Shown piece after piece: positions 50,200 to 61,974 of a DNA stretch of 64,000 nucleotides. The DNA is from Octopus vulgaris. Its lineage: Eukaryota. Below the pieces are notes generated by a model, which did not search any database, was not told where the DNA came from, and saw only the letters and a list, made by a program, of their open reading frames with translations. The position numbers and the translations under genes were made by a program. The stretch spans positions 135,098,001 through 135,162,000 of the forward strand of contig OX597818.1 of the NCBI GenBank assembly GCA_951406725.2, written 5' to 3'. Numbering within the stretch: the stretch's first letter is position 1; every line of letters begins with the position of its first letter.

Positions 50200-51739
50200 C
50201 TCTAGCTATTCAAAACACTGATAACTTTTTTCATCTAATTGCTATTATATTCTACAATAAATGCATGAACTGATTGAATTAAATTTCCTCAGATTTACAA
50301 TTTGTATGGAATGCTCTGTGGATTTAATGTATACAGATTCTGATTTTTCACACTGGACATTCTGTTAGCCAGTATTTTTGCATGGAGTTCTTCGGCTGAG
50401 TTATATGCCTGAATTTCTTTAATCCCTACTTTCTCTCATGATGGATGGATGGATGGATAAAACAGATGCTATTAATTTTCACACCATGCTCTATGTGTAC
50501 ACAGGAGGAATTAATCAGGTCGTTATTTCAATTCAGCATTAGTAACTACCTGACACTATTAATTATTTTGATTTAATGATTTTTTTAAATAAGTAAAAAG
50601 TTCCCGTTACTGATGACAAAGGGTGATGATGATGGAGAGGATGTTACATGTTGTTTAACCCCAGGTCTAATTCAACACATCTGTAATCAAATATAATCCA
50701 ACCATGACCAACCCATTTTTTGCAGACATAGAGTATCTCAGACTACTTTATCAAATATTGTTGTTGTTTAGTCCCAGGTCAGCTTTGTTTCAGCAGACTT
50801 ATAATCAAAAGCTGCGACTATCCTGTCTTGAGGAGGGAGGGAGCAAGGTGAACAAAGCACTACATCATCTAATGTGTCCTTCTATTTTTGGAAGGCAGTG
50901 GAGTGCTATTAAAAGGATATTTGGCTGCAGTTTCTAGCAGGTCAAACGATTATGTAGAGACCACTCTTAGTTGTATATAATGCAGTGGTAAGCATAAGTG
51001 GTTATCATAAAGTAGTTAGTGGTTATACTAATAGTAGTTAGCAGTTATGGTAGGGTAGTTAGTTAATACAATATAGTAGTTAGTAGTTACAGTATACAGT
51101 TAATAGTGAAAGTGATAGTAGTCAGTGGCTATAATAGTGGTTTTAGTATAGTAATCTATAGCTTTAATATAATAGTGGCAGCAGTAAAGTTAGAGGCCAT
51201 AGTATAATAATAGCTGATTTTAGTTGCAATAGTATTGTAGTGAAAATGGTACACCCATTCATAGGTGACAAGGTGGTATGAGAGAGCCAATATAATGTAA
51301 GACAGTCAGTTGTTGTAGGAGGTGAGTAGTAGTAGAGTCATTGTACAAGGACTCCGCTGGAGTCAGTGTCAGTTACGTGATATATATGAGTTACTGTCAA
51401 GGTGGATGTTTCAGAGTCATTGTCTTGTAGAGCTATCAGTGATAGCACAATAGACGAGCAAAAGATAAGATGCGGAATACTGCCACAACATAATAGTGGT
51501 GACAAGAATATTACAGTGCAGACAACAACATACAAGTGGTTGAGGATCCACATTATAACAGTGGCAACAAAGATATAAACAATTCAGAGACAACATTGAA
51601 GAAAGAAAAATCTTTTTTCACAAGAAAATAAACAATTCACATGAATAACGTTGAAAAGTTTTTCATATAAAGAAATTAAAAACTCAACAGAAGAGTAACA
51701 AACGTTTTAGTATATAATTTACAAAAAAATTCATAAAAT

Positions 51740-53609
51740 TATGGCAAACTTGTTGGAGGGTTTAGATGAGTTGCAAAAACAGAAAAAAGCAACTCAAAGG
51801 ACAAGAACAACAAGTATTACAGCAACAAATGCTACAACAAATGAAGTTGGTAACAAAACTGGAAAATATGTTTTTGCCAGACCATGTAGCAAATTCAATA
51901 AATGGATTTAAATATGACCCAGAAGAAGGAATCACTTTTGAGGAATATTACTGAAGATTTGAACAAATTTTCAAAAAAGAATGCCAAGACTGGATGGATG
52001 AAATGAAAATATGTTTAATTCTGAGGAAACTGGCAACGATAGAGCATGAGAAATACTGTAACTTTATAGTGCCTAAAGTGCTGTAATGTGAAGGCGCGTG
52101 GCTCAATGGTTAGAGCGTCGAGCTTACGATTGTGAGGTTGTGAGCTCAAATCCTGGACCGGGCTGCATGTTGTGTTCTTGAGCAAGACACTTTATTTCAC
52201 GTTGCTCCAGTACACTCAGCTGTAGAAATGAGTTGCGACGTCACAGGTGCCAAGCTGTATCGGCCCTTGCGTTTCCCTTGGACAACATCGGTGATGTGGA
52301 GAGGGGAGGCCGGTATGCATGGGCGACTGCTGGTCTTCCATAAAACAATCTTGCCCAGACTTGTACCTCAGAGGGTAACTCTCTAGGTGCAAACCCATGG
52401 TCAGTGTCTGACCGAAGGTGGTCACCACCATAGTGCCTAAAAAAGTTTCTGATATAAATTTCACGGACTCAATTGACATTTTATGTAAGATGTTCAGTGA
52501 AAAAACATTGTTATTCAAAACATGTTGGAAGTGTTTAATCACAGAGAAAAGCGATGACAAAGACTTTACCACATGTGCTGGTAGAGTGAACAGAGAGTGC
52601 GGGAGATTTAAACTGGATAAACTAACACCAGACTCATTCAAGTGCATGATTTTTGCTCAGGGACTGACTGCTGAAAAGGACATAGAAGTCAGAATGAAAA
52701 TTCTCGCAAAGCTGGAAATTAACCAGGATATAACCAGGAAACTGTCAGAAGAGTGTGATAGGATATTAACAGTAAGGCCTGACACAGAAGAAATCCAATG
52801 CAGAGATTATTTACAGATAAAATCAGTGTGGAAGAGTTGGAAGGCAGATAAAGTGTTTCACAAAAAACACAATAGGAGATAAACCCGTGTGTGGCATCCG
52901 GTTGTAGGCATCTGAGAAAAGAGTGTCCATTCAAAAAAGCAAAGTATTTTCATTGTGGGAACACAGGACACATTAAATTGCACTGCAGAACTAAGATGAA
53001 AAATTGGACCAAACAAGAAAAAATAAATAGCCTGTCATTAGAGAAAAATGTCTGTACAATGAACAGAACAATTCGTAGGTACTTTCAAGAAAGTGCTAAA
53101 AAAAAGCAAGGAACAAGTTAGGAAATGATGAAGCGCTAACTAAATTCTTAAAAGTGTACAGAATAATACCCAATCTGAATACCAGTTCAGGTGAGTCACC
53201 TGCAGAGCTAATGTTCACTCGAAAGATTAAATTGATCTTTGACAAATTGTTGTCAAAGGAAAAAACATACAGAGAAAATACAAAAATTCCAACTAAATAT
53301 TTTGATGTCGGAGACAAAGTCCATTTCAAAATATACAATGATGGTAAAGAGAGTTGGCAGGATGCTGTAGTGACTAAAAGAATTGGAAACATGATATATT
53401 TAATAAAAGCCAAACAATGGGAGCATAAACGACACCGAAATCAATTGAAAACCAGACATACAGAAGAAATGAAGGAAACTCCAATGGGAGTGTTTTATGA
53501 CATGTTCGATGTGCCAGCACCAAAAGAGATTGAGCTGAAAAGGAGCAGTAACAGGAAACGTAAACAGACTGAACATTTAGAAATAATTCCTAAGCAGAAA
53601 AGGTACTGA
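51740..53609 (+). pseudogene. internally deleted Ty3/Gypsy (K02A2.6-like) gag + integrase C-terminus
   Basis: gag FKYDPEEGITFEEYY*RFE and FKCMIFAQGL; zinc knuckle ECPFKKAKYFHCGNTGHIKLHC; then integrase tail FLKVYRIIPN...ESPAELMFTRKI and KRHRNQL; PBS-like ACA-GTGGCAAC at ~51558 and purine tract at ~53635. Confidence 0.85.
52090..52420 (+). mobile_element. tRNA-derived SINE, family H, inserted in the Gypsy gag
   Basis: GGCGCGTGGCTCAATGGTTAGAGCG head; TSD ATAGTGCCTAAA (52066-52077 / 52430-52441); diverged relative at ~48942-49090. Confidence 0.88.
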
Positions 53610-53933
53610 ATTCCATAGGGAAGCAAAATTTCAAAAAGCGAGAGGTGTTGAAAAAGATGAAAAAAAAATAATGATAAAATAAATTTCGTTTCCTATGGAA
53701 ATCAAACTCTCAAAAGAGATGTTGTGGCAAGAGTCACAACACTCCTTGCAAGAATAGACTTGACCGAATGACTACAAATAGTAGCGGTCTGAGTGAGAGA
53801 CCAGAGATGGTGGGCATTAATTGCAGGAAGTCATAAGGTGTCATTTTGGCAGTTTGTCAGAACATGGTTTGTTGGTTCATGTATAAGTTCATGGAGAGTT
53901 TGTTGAATCATTGTTGAATCATTATGTTGTTTA

Positions 53934-54165
53934 GGGTGGCGAGCTGGCAGAAACGTTAGCACGCCGGGCAAAATGCGCAGCCGTATCTCGTCTGCCGTTA
54001 CGTTCCGAGTTCAAATTCCGCCGAGGTTGACTTTGCCTTTCATCCTTTCGGGGTCGATAATTAAAGTACCAGTTACGCACTGGGGTCAATGTAATCGACT
54101 TAATCTCTTTGTCTGTCCTTGTTTGACCCTCTATGTTTAGCCCCTTGTGGGTAGTAAAGAAATAT
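53934..54165 (+). mobile_element. SINE family C, full length
   Basis: Head, B-box, Meta-like domain; imperfect TSD TATG(T/C)TGTT. Confidence 0.9.
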
Positions 54166-54651
54166 ATGCTGTTGTTACCTTGCTTTGTTATATATTTTTG
54201 TGTTACTACACAGAGTGTAAAAAAGTATTGTCATAACAATTGGTGATACAACACCTTTGAATCACTTTTAAAATTTTATATAGTTTCTTGAAAACAAGAA
54301 ACTCTGAATATTATTTAACTCTTAACAGTTTTGAGCACTTTTTTCTACTAAGTGTATTCTACATCATTATGAAGCTACCATCCATTAACATATATGATAC
54401 AGAAATAAACTTATAAACAAACCTTATCATATATATTCACGGAGAAAAAACATTTTTTAAACAGGTGACATCATCTCCTGAGAGAATCAAGTTACATTCC
54501 TGTTGATGTTATATTTACATATTAAAAGAATGCACATCACAGACATAATATATGACAATGTACAACAGTATGCTCATATGAACAGACAAACACATATGTA
54601 AGATATATAATGAATGTATGTACATGTTAACAAGCAAGAACTGCTACAGAC

Positions 54652-55048
54652 ACAACAGGAGTGGTTATGTGGTAAGTAGCTTGCTTACTAAACACATAGT
54701 TCTGGGTTCAGTTCCACAGTGTGGCACCTTGGACAAGTTTCTTCTACTATAGCCTCAGGCCAACCAAAGCCTTGTGAGCGGATTTGGTAGACGGAAACTG
54801 AAAGAAGCCCGTCGTATATATGCACGCGTGTGTGTGTGTGTGTGTGTATGTATGTTTGTCCCCCCCACCATTGCTTGACAACTGATGTCGGTGTGTTTAT
54901 TGCCCCCCATTATTTAGTAGTTCAGCAAAAGTGCCTGATACAATAAATACTATGCTCATAAAGAATACGTCTGGGGGTGCGATTTGTTCAACTAAAAAGA
55001 GGGTGGTCCAGCATGGCTACAGTCAATTGACTGAAACAAATAAAAGAT
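54652..55048 (+). mobile_element. SINE family A, diverged
   Basis: Colinear with other family A copies. Confidence 0.85.
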
Positions 55049-55057
55049 ATATATATA

Positions 55058-55480
55058 TACGTGGCCTGATCAGTAAGTATCTGGATTGTTACCATAGTAG
55101 TGATGCTAAAGCATGCAGAGTGGAGCTGCTTGGCACAGACTGATCTTGAACTCTGCTTTGCATGTACACTAAGTTTTAATGTTCTAGCTCATTTCTGCTG
55201 TTTGCAGCAGTGGTTGGAAAGAAGGTGTGTAGCGTATGTATATATATATGTGTGTGTGTGTGTATGTATATATGTATATATATCATCAGGATGTGGTTGG
55301 ATGGCCACTTCTCGCATCGTTCACAGAGCCTGTGGTTATCAGCTTTGCATGACACTGTCGCATGCAGACACAGTGTTGCATGCTTATCTTTCCATGCATG
55401 CCACCATCTCTGAACCCAAAACAATGGAATTCCACACTTCATAGCGTGCTGCTATCTTAGCTCACTCCTGAACAGTCAAG
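55058..55480 (+). mobile_element. possible mariner-like 5' terminal remnant
   Basis: TA-CGTGGCCTGATCAGTAAGTATC resembles mariner TIRs; no partner TIR found. Confidence 0.35.
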
Positions 55481-55659
55481 TGACTGACCATCTGGAAAAT
55501 AAGAAACAAGACGATAAGAAAATAAGAAACCCCCATTAGTGATGTCACTTTAAAAAATGTTTCCATCATGACTTCAGGGATGCTAAAAATTCTATAAGTA
55601 ATCTCTAATGCCTGTATATAAACAAATGTATGAATGTGTGTATCCTTACAGGCAGATGT

Positions 55660-56040
55660 GGAGGCGCAATGGCCCAGTGGTTAGGGCAGCGAACTCGCGG
55701 TCGTAGGATCGCGGTTTCGGTTCCCAGACCGGGCATTGTGAGTGTTTATTGAGCGAAAACACCTAAAAGCTCCACGAGGCTCCTGCAGGGGGTGGTGGTG
55801 AACCCTGCTGTACTCTTTCACCACAACTTTCTCTCACTCTTTCTTCCTGTTTCTGTTGTACCTGTATTTCAAAGGGCCAGCCTTGTCACACTCTGTATCA
55901 CGCTGAATCTCCTCGAGAACTACGTTAAGGGTACACGTGTCTGTGGAATGCTCAGCCACTTGCACGTTAATTCCACGAGCAAGCTGTTTCATTGATCGTA
56001 TCAGCTGGGACCCTCATCGTCGTAACCGATGGAGTGCTCC
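55660..56040 (+). mobile_element. SINE family B (subfamily 2)
   Basis: TSD TACAGGCAGAT. Confidence 0.92.
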
Positions 56041-56865
56041 TATACAGGCAGATATTGATACAAACACATAGCATATAATAAAGAATGTAAGTATTAACAA
56101 ATACATACAATAACAAACGTATCAAGAAACACTGACACACACACACACACACATCTACATATAGGTACAGACTCACACAAAGTTCTTGCTTTCCTTAATT
56201 ATGAATTCAAAAATCCTTGACAACAAAACCACGGTGTCTAGCCCAAACATGGCCATAATTAAACACACTTATGGTCAAAGTCCTTCTGGCAATGACCATC
56301 CTGTTTTGTTTTTTTCTGACCATAGTGTATCCTAGACTACATTATGTAATGTGTCTTGCCACTTTATAAGATGATAGTGTGATCTGATGAACGTTTGACT
56401 ACTATTTCTAGTAGCTCAAGCAACCATACAGAGTCCCTCTTTACTTCATATGTGTGTGTGATACAGTTAAGTAAAGGCTATTGTGTGTGTGTCTGTGTGT
56501 GCATGGGTGCATGCGTGGCTAAGTTCAAGCTACTATATATGTGTGCATGCTTCTGTGCTATATGTAGTTAAGTACAGACTACCCTGTTAGTCTACTCTGA
56601 TAGGTTTGGTCATATTTTTACAGACTTCAACAATAACAATAACATCCATGTAGTGTAGAATACAGAATTTAACTAAATAACCTTGACACACTTCCCACAA
56701 TGCAACAGATTCTATCACACTCACTCACACATACACCTAATGCATCTGTGTATTGTGTGTGTGTATACATATATATATATATATGAGTGTGTGTGTGTGT
56801 ATTTATATCTATTGTGTGCATATATATATTTATTTATTGTGTGTATGTGTGTGTATATATATATA

Positions 56866-57266
56866 TTACTGTTTTACTGTTTGACTTGTTTCAGTCATTT
56901 GACTGCGGCCATGTTGGAGCACCACCTTTAATCGAGCAACTCGACCCCGGGACTTATTCTTTGTAAGCCCAGTACTTATTCTATTGGTCTCTTTTGCCGA
57001 ACTGCTAAGTGATGGGGACATAAACACACCAGCATCGGTTGTCAAGTAATGCTAGGGGGACAAACACAGACACACAAACATGCACACACACATATATATA
57101 TATATATATACGACAGGCTTCTTTCAGTTTCCGTCTACCAAATCCACTCACAAGGCATTGGTCGGCCCGGGGCTATAGCAAAAGACACTTGCCCAAGATG
57201 CCACGCAGTGGGACTGAACCCGGAACCATGTGGTTGGTTAGCAAGCTACTTACCACACAGCCACTT
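56866..57266 (-). mobile_element. SINE family A
   Basis: Colinear with other family A copies. Confidence 0.9.
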
Positions 57267-57835
57267 CTGTATATGTGTGACTATACATACATTTGTGTAT
57301 ATGTCAATGGATATACAACTTAGTCTCAATCAAGTCTCCCAGACAGTTGCAACTACTACAAGAACTACAACTGCTTTAATACACATAGCAACAAAACACA
57401 CCTACAACACTACACACACACACACACACCAACACACACCAACACTGCATTACATAGACACATCTAAAGTCACTTACAGCAATCTTAAACATCCAATAAC
57501 ATTTTACGGGAGCCCACAAAAGAAACTTCTATATGGCCCTTCTGCTGGTTAGGAATGCCAGCCCTATCATCCCCAAATCACATCCTGTTGTCTTAAAAAA
57601 GGGGACACACTGAATATTGTACGGTAGTCCTAGACAAACACTCTCGTCAGAAAGTCAGAAAGTAAGATGAGGTGGTCATGGCTGGAACATCTTTAATTAC
57701 AGATCCAATGAACCAGAAATGACATGGGGCTAAATAACATCACGAAGTTGGAAGGACCTAAAGGAGAGGGGATGAGGCTACAGATAGCTTCTTTTCCACA
57801 GATTAAAGGACTTAGATGTGATGGTCACATAACCA

Positions 57836-57879
<44 letters not shown>

Positions 57880-58056
57880 ACACACACACATAATATACAC
57901 AAACACATAGGCATGCACATAGTGAGAACTACACATAACTACAATTACATGAAAAAAACTACATGTATACATACACACAAAGAAATATATTCACACAAAT
58001 ACATGCATGTGTACATGTACACCCAACACACACAAACATGCTAAAACTGCCTTTCC

Positions 58057-58098
<42 letters not shown>

Positions 58099-58371
58099 AA
58101 TGCATGCACATGCACATTTACTCAGACCTACACTATTATAAATATTTATTTCAGGAGACTCATAAATAAGGCAATATGTAACATTATATTATTTTAAATA
58201 CTGTCTTACTCATGGGACATTAGACACGAACACACATACGGATTCAGTTGTGTTTCATAAACAGTTGAAAAAGTTGGTATCTGGTGTTGTTTTCTGATAC
58301 AACACACTTGTATAACACTTGAAAATATAACAATGATGATGATGATGATAGGAGTTAGTTTATATTCTTGA

Positions 58372-58762
58372 TATATGGTGTGGTTGTGTGGTAGGAAGTT
58401 TACCTCCTTACCACATGGTTCTGGGTTGTCCCACTGCGTGGCACCCAAAGCAAGTGCCCTCTACTATAGCCACAGGTCAACCAAATCCTTGCAATTGTAT
58501 TTGGTAGGCAGAAACTGAAAGAAGCCTGTCGTGTGTGTGTGTGTCTTTTGGGCATATGTTTGTCACCCACTACTGCTTACTGGTGTTGGTATGTTCACAT
58601 CCCTGCAACTTAGTGGTTCAGCAAAAGAAACTGATAAAATAAGTACCAGACTTTACATTAAAAAAATAATGAGTACTAGTTGATTTGTTCAACTGAAAAA
58701 CTCTTCAAAGTGATGCCCCAGCATGGCCGGAGTCTAATGACTGAAAGAAGTAAAAGGTAAAA
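58372..58762 (+). mobile_element. SINE family A, older diverged copy
   Basis: Colinear with family A. Confidence 0.8.
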
Positions 58763-60229
58763 GATATATGTAAGCAGGCTCAGGGAGAAAGTAAGGAAGA
58801 AAAACCCACAAGGACTTGTGATATACTTTTTCTTTTTGGCTGAAACGTGATGGAGCAGCATCCAATAACCTGTATGGTCTCCCAAGACTGGGTAGAAACA
58901 GCAAGCATGAGAAACCATGACTAATGATGGCTTATTGCTGCAGGAAACAGCACAACACAAAATTTGAAGTTATCTTGAAAGCACAGGCATGGTGATATGC
59001 ATGTGAAACAAGGCATCATTGCTCATATCAATCCCAGGATCACTCACTCACTCACTTTTATTTCCTTTCTTGAAAATAATAGAATACAAAGAAAATAACA
59101 TTGCTGCTCCTACAATGACAGAAAGCAAGCAGTAAAAAATTTACTTTCCCTTCCCTATGTTTCCCTATGTTGACAACTTTATGCTCAGGATTGAAGGAAT
59201 ATGAAATAAAAATAAATATGACTACAATGAATCTAGTGAAAAGTATCAATAATCAATTATATATTACACAAAAATTATTTATCATGGAAAAATAGTAAGG
59301 CATGCATTGCATACATAAGACACTTTGTCCTTGGCTGCCTCATATATATATATATTTGATTCACCATGATTGATCACTAGCCACTAAACCTTTTTGAAGA
59401 GAGCAGAAATTGAAAGAGAAGAGAAAGTGAAACCACGACATTTGCTTTGAAGTGAGAGCAGAAAGTGAAAGAGAGGATAAAGTGAAAAATGTATGTCCAT
59501 ATGAAATGGATGTGTGTGTGTGTGTGTGTGTGCATGTGCGTGAGAGCGAGAAGAGAGGGTGAGTGAGTGAGTGAAGGTGTGTGTTGTCATGTATGGGTAA
59601 GTGGCACTCACTTGGTCTCTCTCTGTCTCACACACACATCTTTCATATACGCATGCGTAAATAAATATGCATACATCTTTTTTGTATATATGTGTGCGTA
59701 TGCACGTGAAAGAGAGTGAGAGCGATTTACTGTCTTTCATCATAACATATAAAGAAATGGAGGTCTTTTAAAGTATGCACTCATATAAAAAAATGTATAT
59801 TGCTGTCGTCATGGTATAAAATGTTGAGATGGTTGACTTATAGAAAAGATTATAATGTAAAATTCTTGTAATGCAAATATCTAAATGAAAATTAAGTTTA
59901 TTTGGTTTCCAATACTCCATATGTCAAAATCAGCAACTCAGTTTTCAAATACATAAGGAAGATACACATGCACACACACAAACTCTCTTTTATATATATG
60001 GAAGCCATTCCTGTCAGTTGTTCTCCCTCTCTCTCACATTCCCGGTGTGTCGATCACTTTCTGTCTCCTCCCCTTCCCTGATATCAGCCACCCTCATTAT
60101 GCTACATTTTCCTAAACCTAACACTTTTGCACCCCTCTCATTTTATCATGTAACAGCCCAACCCCCGTAGTCAATCCATTATCGATTTATTGAAGTCCAA
60201 TTCGCCTATAATTGAATTGGATGTTAGTG

Positions 60230-60329
60230 CAACACGTATACAAAGTTTGGTGAAGATTGGTTCACTGGTTTGGGTTGCAAGATGGTAACAGACGGACAGA
60301 CAGACATAAATTGCAAATTATATAAGATA
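60230..60329 (-). mobile_element. Helitron-like 5' terminal fragment
   Basis: AAAGTTTGGTGAAGATTGG...ACAGACGGACAGACAGAC...TATATAAGA|T resembles the ends of the other Helitrons; a related piece lies at ~37915-38010 (+). Confidence 0.5.
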
Positions 60330-60391
60330 TATGTCTATCTATATATACATACATACACACATGCACATATATAGATAGAAAGATAGATATA

Positions 60392-60611
60392 GAGGGGGTG
60401 CAAAAGTAGATATACAGTATGTATCACATCAATGTTATAATGTTTAATTCATTAAAATTATTAGCGCATTAAATTAGTTAGCTTCAGTTTTGATATTTTC
60501 AAATCATGATAATACATTCATTATAACTATAGCAATACTTTTATCGTGACAATTATTTTGATAAAAATAAATGAGTATTGTATTTGTTTTCTTAACTACT
60601 TTTGCACCGCC

Positions 60612-60614
<3 letters not shown>
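60392..60614. mobile_element. Tc1/mariner-type MITE
   Basis: TA|GAGGGGGTGCAAAAGTAG ... CTACTTTTGCACCGCCCTG|TA. Confidence 0.8.
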
Positions 60615-60657
<43 letters not shown>

Positions 60658-60665
60658 ATATATAA

Positions 60666-60698
<33 letters not shown>

Positions 60699-60709
60699 AA
60701 CATATATAA

Positions 60710-60744
<35 letters not shown>

Positions 60745-60755
60745 AACATATATAA

Positions 60756-60830
<75 letters not shown>
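60615..60830. repeat. higher-order (TA)n-AACATATATAAA-(CA)n compound microsatellite
   Basis: Directly visible. Confidence 0.9.
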
Positions 60831-60831
<1 letters not shown>

Positions 60832-61372
60832 CCAGTAAATATCGGTACTTCGTTGTGCCATATATTTACTTCTATGTATAATTTTCCCTCACGGGCTATT
60901 CTTTACTGGAAAGCAATACTCTCGTATTGCATTACTAATTTATTGAAACTTCTTCACCGTTCTCGTTCTGTTAGCGTTTCGGCGTTTCAGTCGAGTGTAT
61001 TGGCATTAATGTGGTAACATCTGAAATGTTGTCGTGGTATATGTTTGGCTGATGAAGATAGATCAAGTATATGAGTGCAGGCATATCTTGAAAAATCTGA
61101 AACCGGCGCCGGTCCCACATTATCCTTTTCTAGGTATTTCATCTTTCAGATGTTCTCCCTGGAGGTAAGAAAATTTTTTTCAAGTTTGTTGCACTCACGC
61201 ATTTTTGCTAGTACATACGCGGTGAAGCTATACATTAGCGTCGTATTATTACGTTCGCTATTTCCAGTAAATATCGGTACTTCGTTGTGCCATATATTTA
61301 CTTCTATGTATAATTTTCCCTCATGGGCTATTCTTTACTGGAAAGCAATACTCTCGTATTGCATTACTAATT

Positions 61373-61375
<3 letters not shown>
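60831..61375 (+). mobile_element. hammerhead-containing 432-bp unit with 113-bp terminal direct repeat (retrozyme- or PLE-repeat-like)
   Basis: 60831-60943 equals 61263-61375 except one C>T; flanked by (TA)n; contains an intact hammerhead. Confidence 0.7.
61041..61120 (+). ncRNA. type-I hammerhead ribozyme motif, intact core
   Basis: ATGTTTGG-CTGATGA-AGAT[..TCAAGTATATG/CATATCTTGA..]ATCT-GAA-ACCGGCGCCGGT-C-CCACAT; predicted cleavage after C61114. Confidence 0.78.
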
Positions 61376-61424
<49 letters not shown>

Positions 61425-61974
61425 AATTTGACATGGGCAATTCTTACTAGTCTTGGGCAAATGGCTGGGTGGAATTGCGCGAAAAATTACACAGATGTGT
61501 AAAAGGATCCGGTTGTGATGCTGGGCTTTGTATTTTTTTTCATAGTTCCCATGGTTACTGAGATAATCAACTATAATAATACTCTTGTGTTTATGAATGA
61601 GAAAGGAAGGAGTGATAGATGAATAAGGAAGGAAGGGGTGATGTCATACATTGAAGTGGGATGATGAAAATTGTACGCTGAAAAAAAAAAATCAAACAAT
61701 GTTTCAACTCTGTGTGAATATGTGTGTGTGTCTGTGTGCATGTGCAATGGAAGTGGAATGGCTCATCTCTGTTCACTTAGTATCTGGGTTTATTTTTTGA
61801 TTTGGTTGAATCTAGGTTATTGTTTCTTTTTTGTTGGTCAGTTATTTTTAGCGTTTTGACAGAACAAAGTCATTCTAAAATTGTTTTTTAATGTAAGCAT
61901 GCCCAAACAAGTTGAATGCTTACACAGCACAGGTTTTACAGCCACATCCTCCAAACTGACAAGGAGCTCAGAAA

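Noticed and set aside
50240-50437. Stop-free minus-strand frame EKVGIKEIQAYNSAEELHAKILANR...
   Set aside because: No convincing splice sites or domain; compatible with chance
50980-51240. Telomere-like or satellite repeat (TAGTTAG-rich)
   Set aside because: Degenerate low-complexity (TAG/TGG)n sequence with no TTAGGG periodicity
61075-61431. 118-aa ORF within the hammerhead element
   Set aside because: GTG start, no motif, runs into microsatellite, and overlaps the ribozyme; probably non-coding
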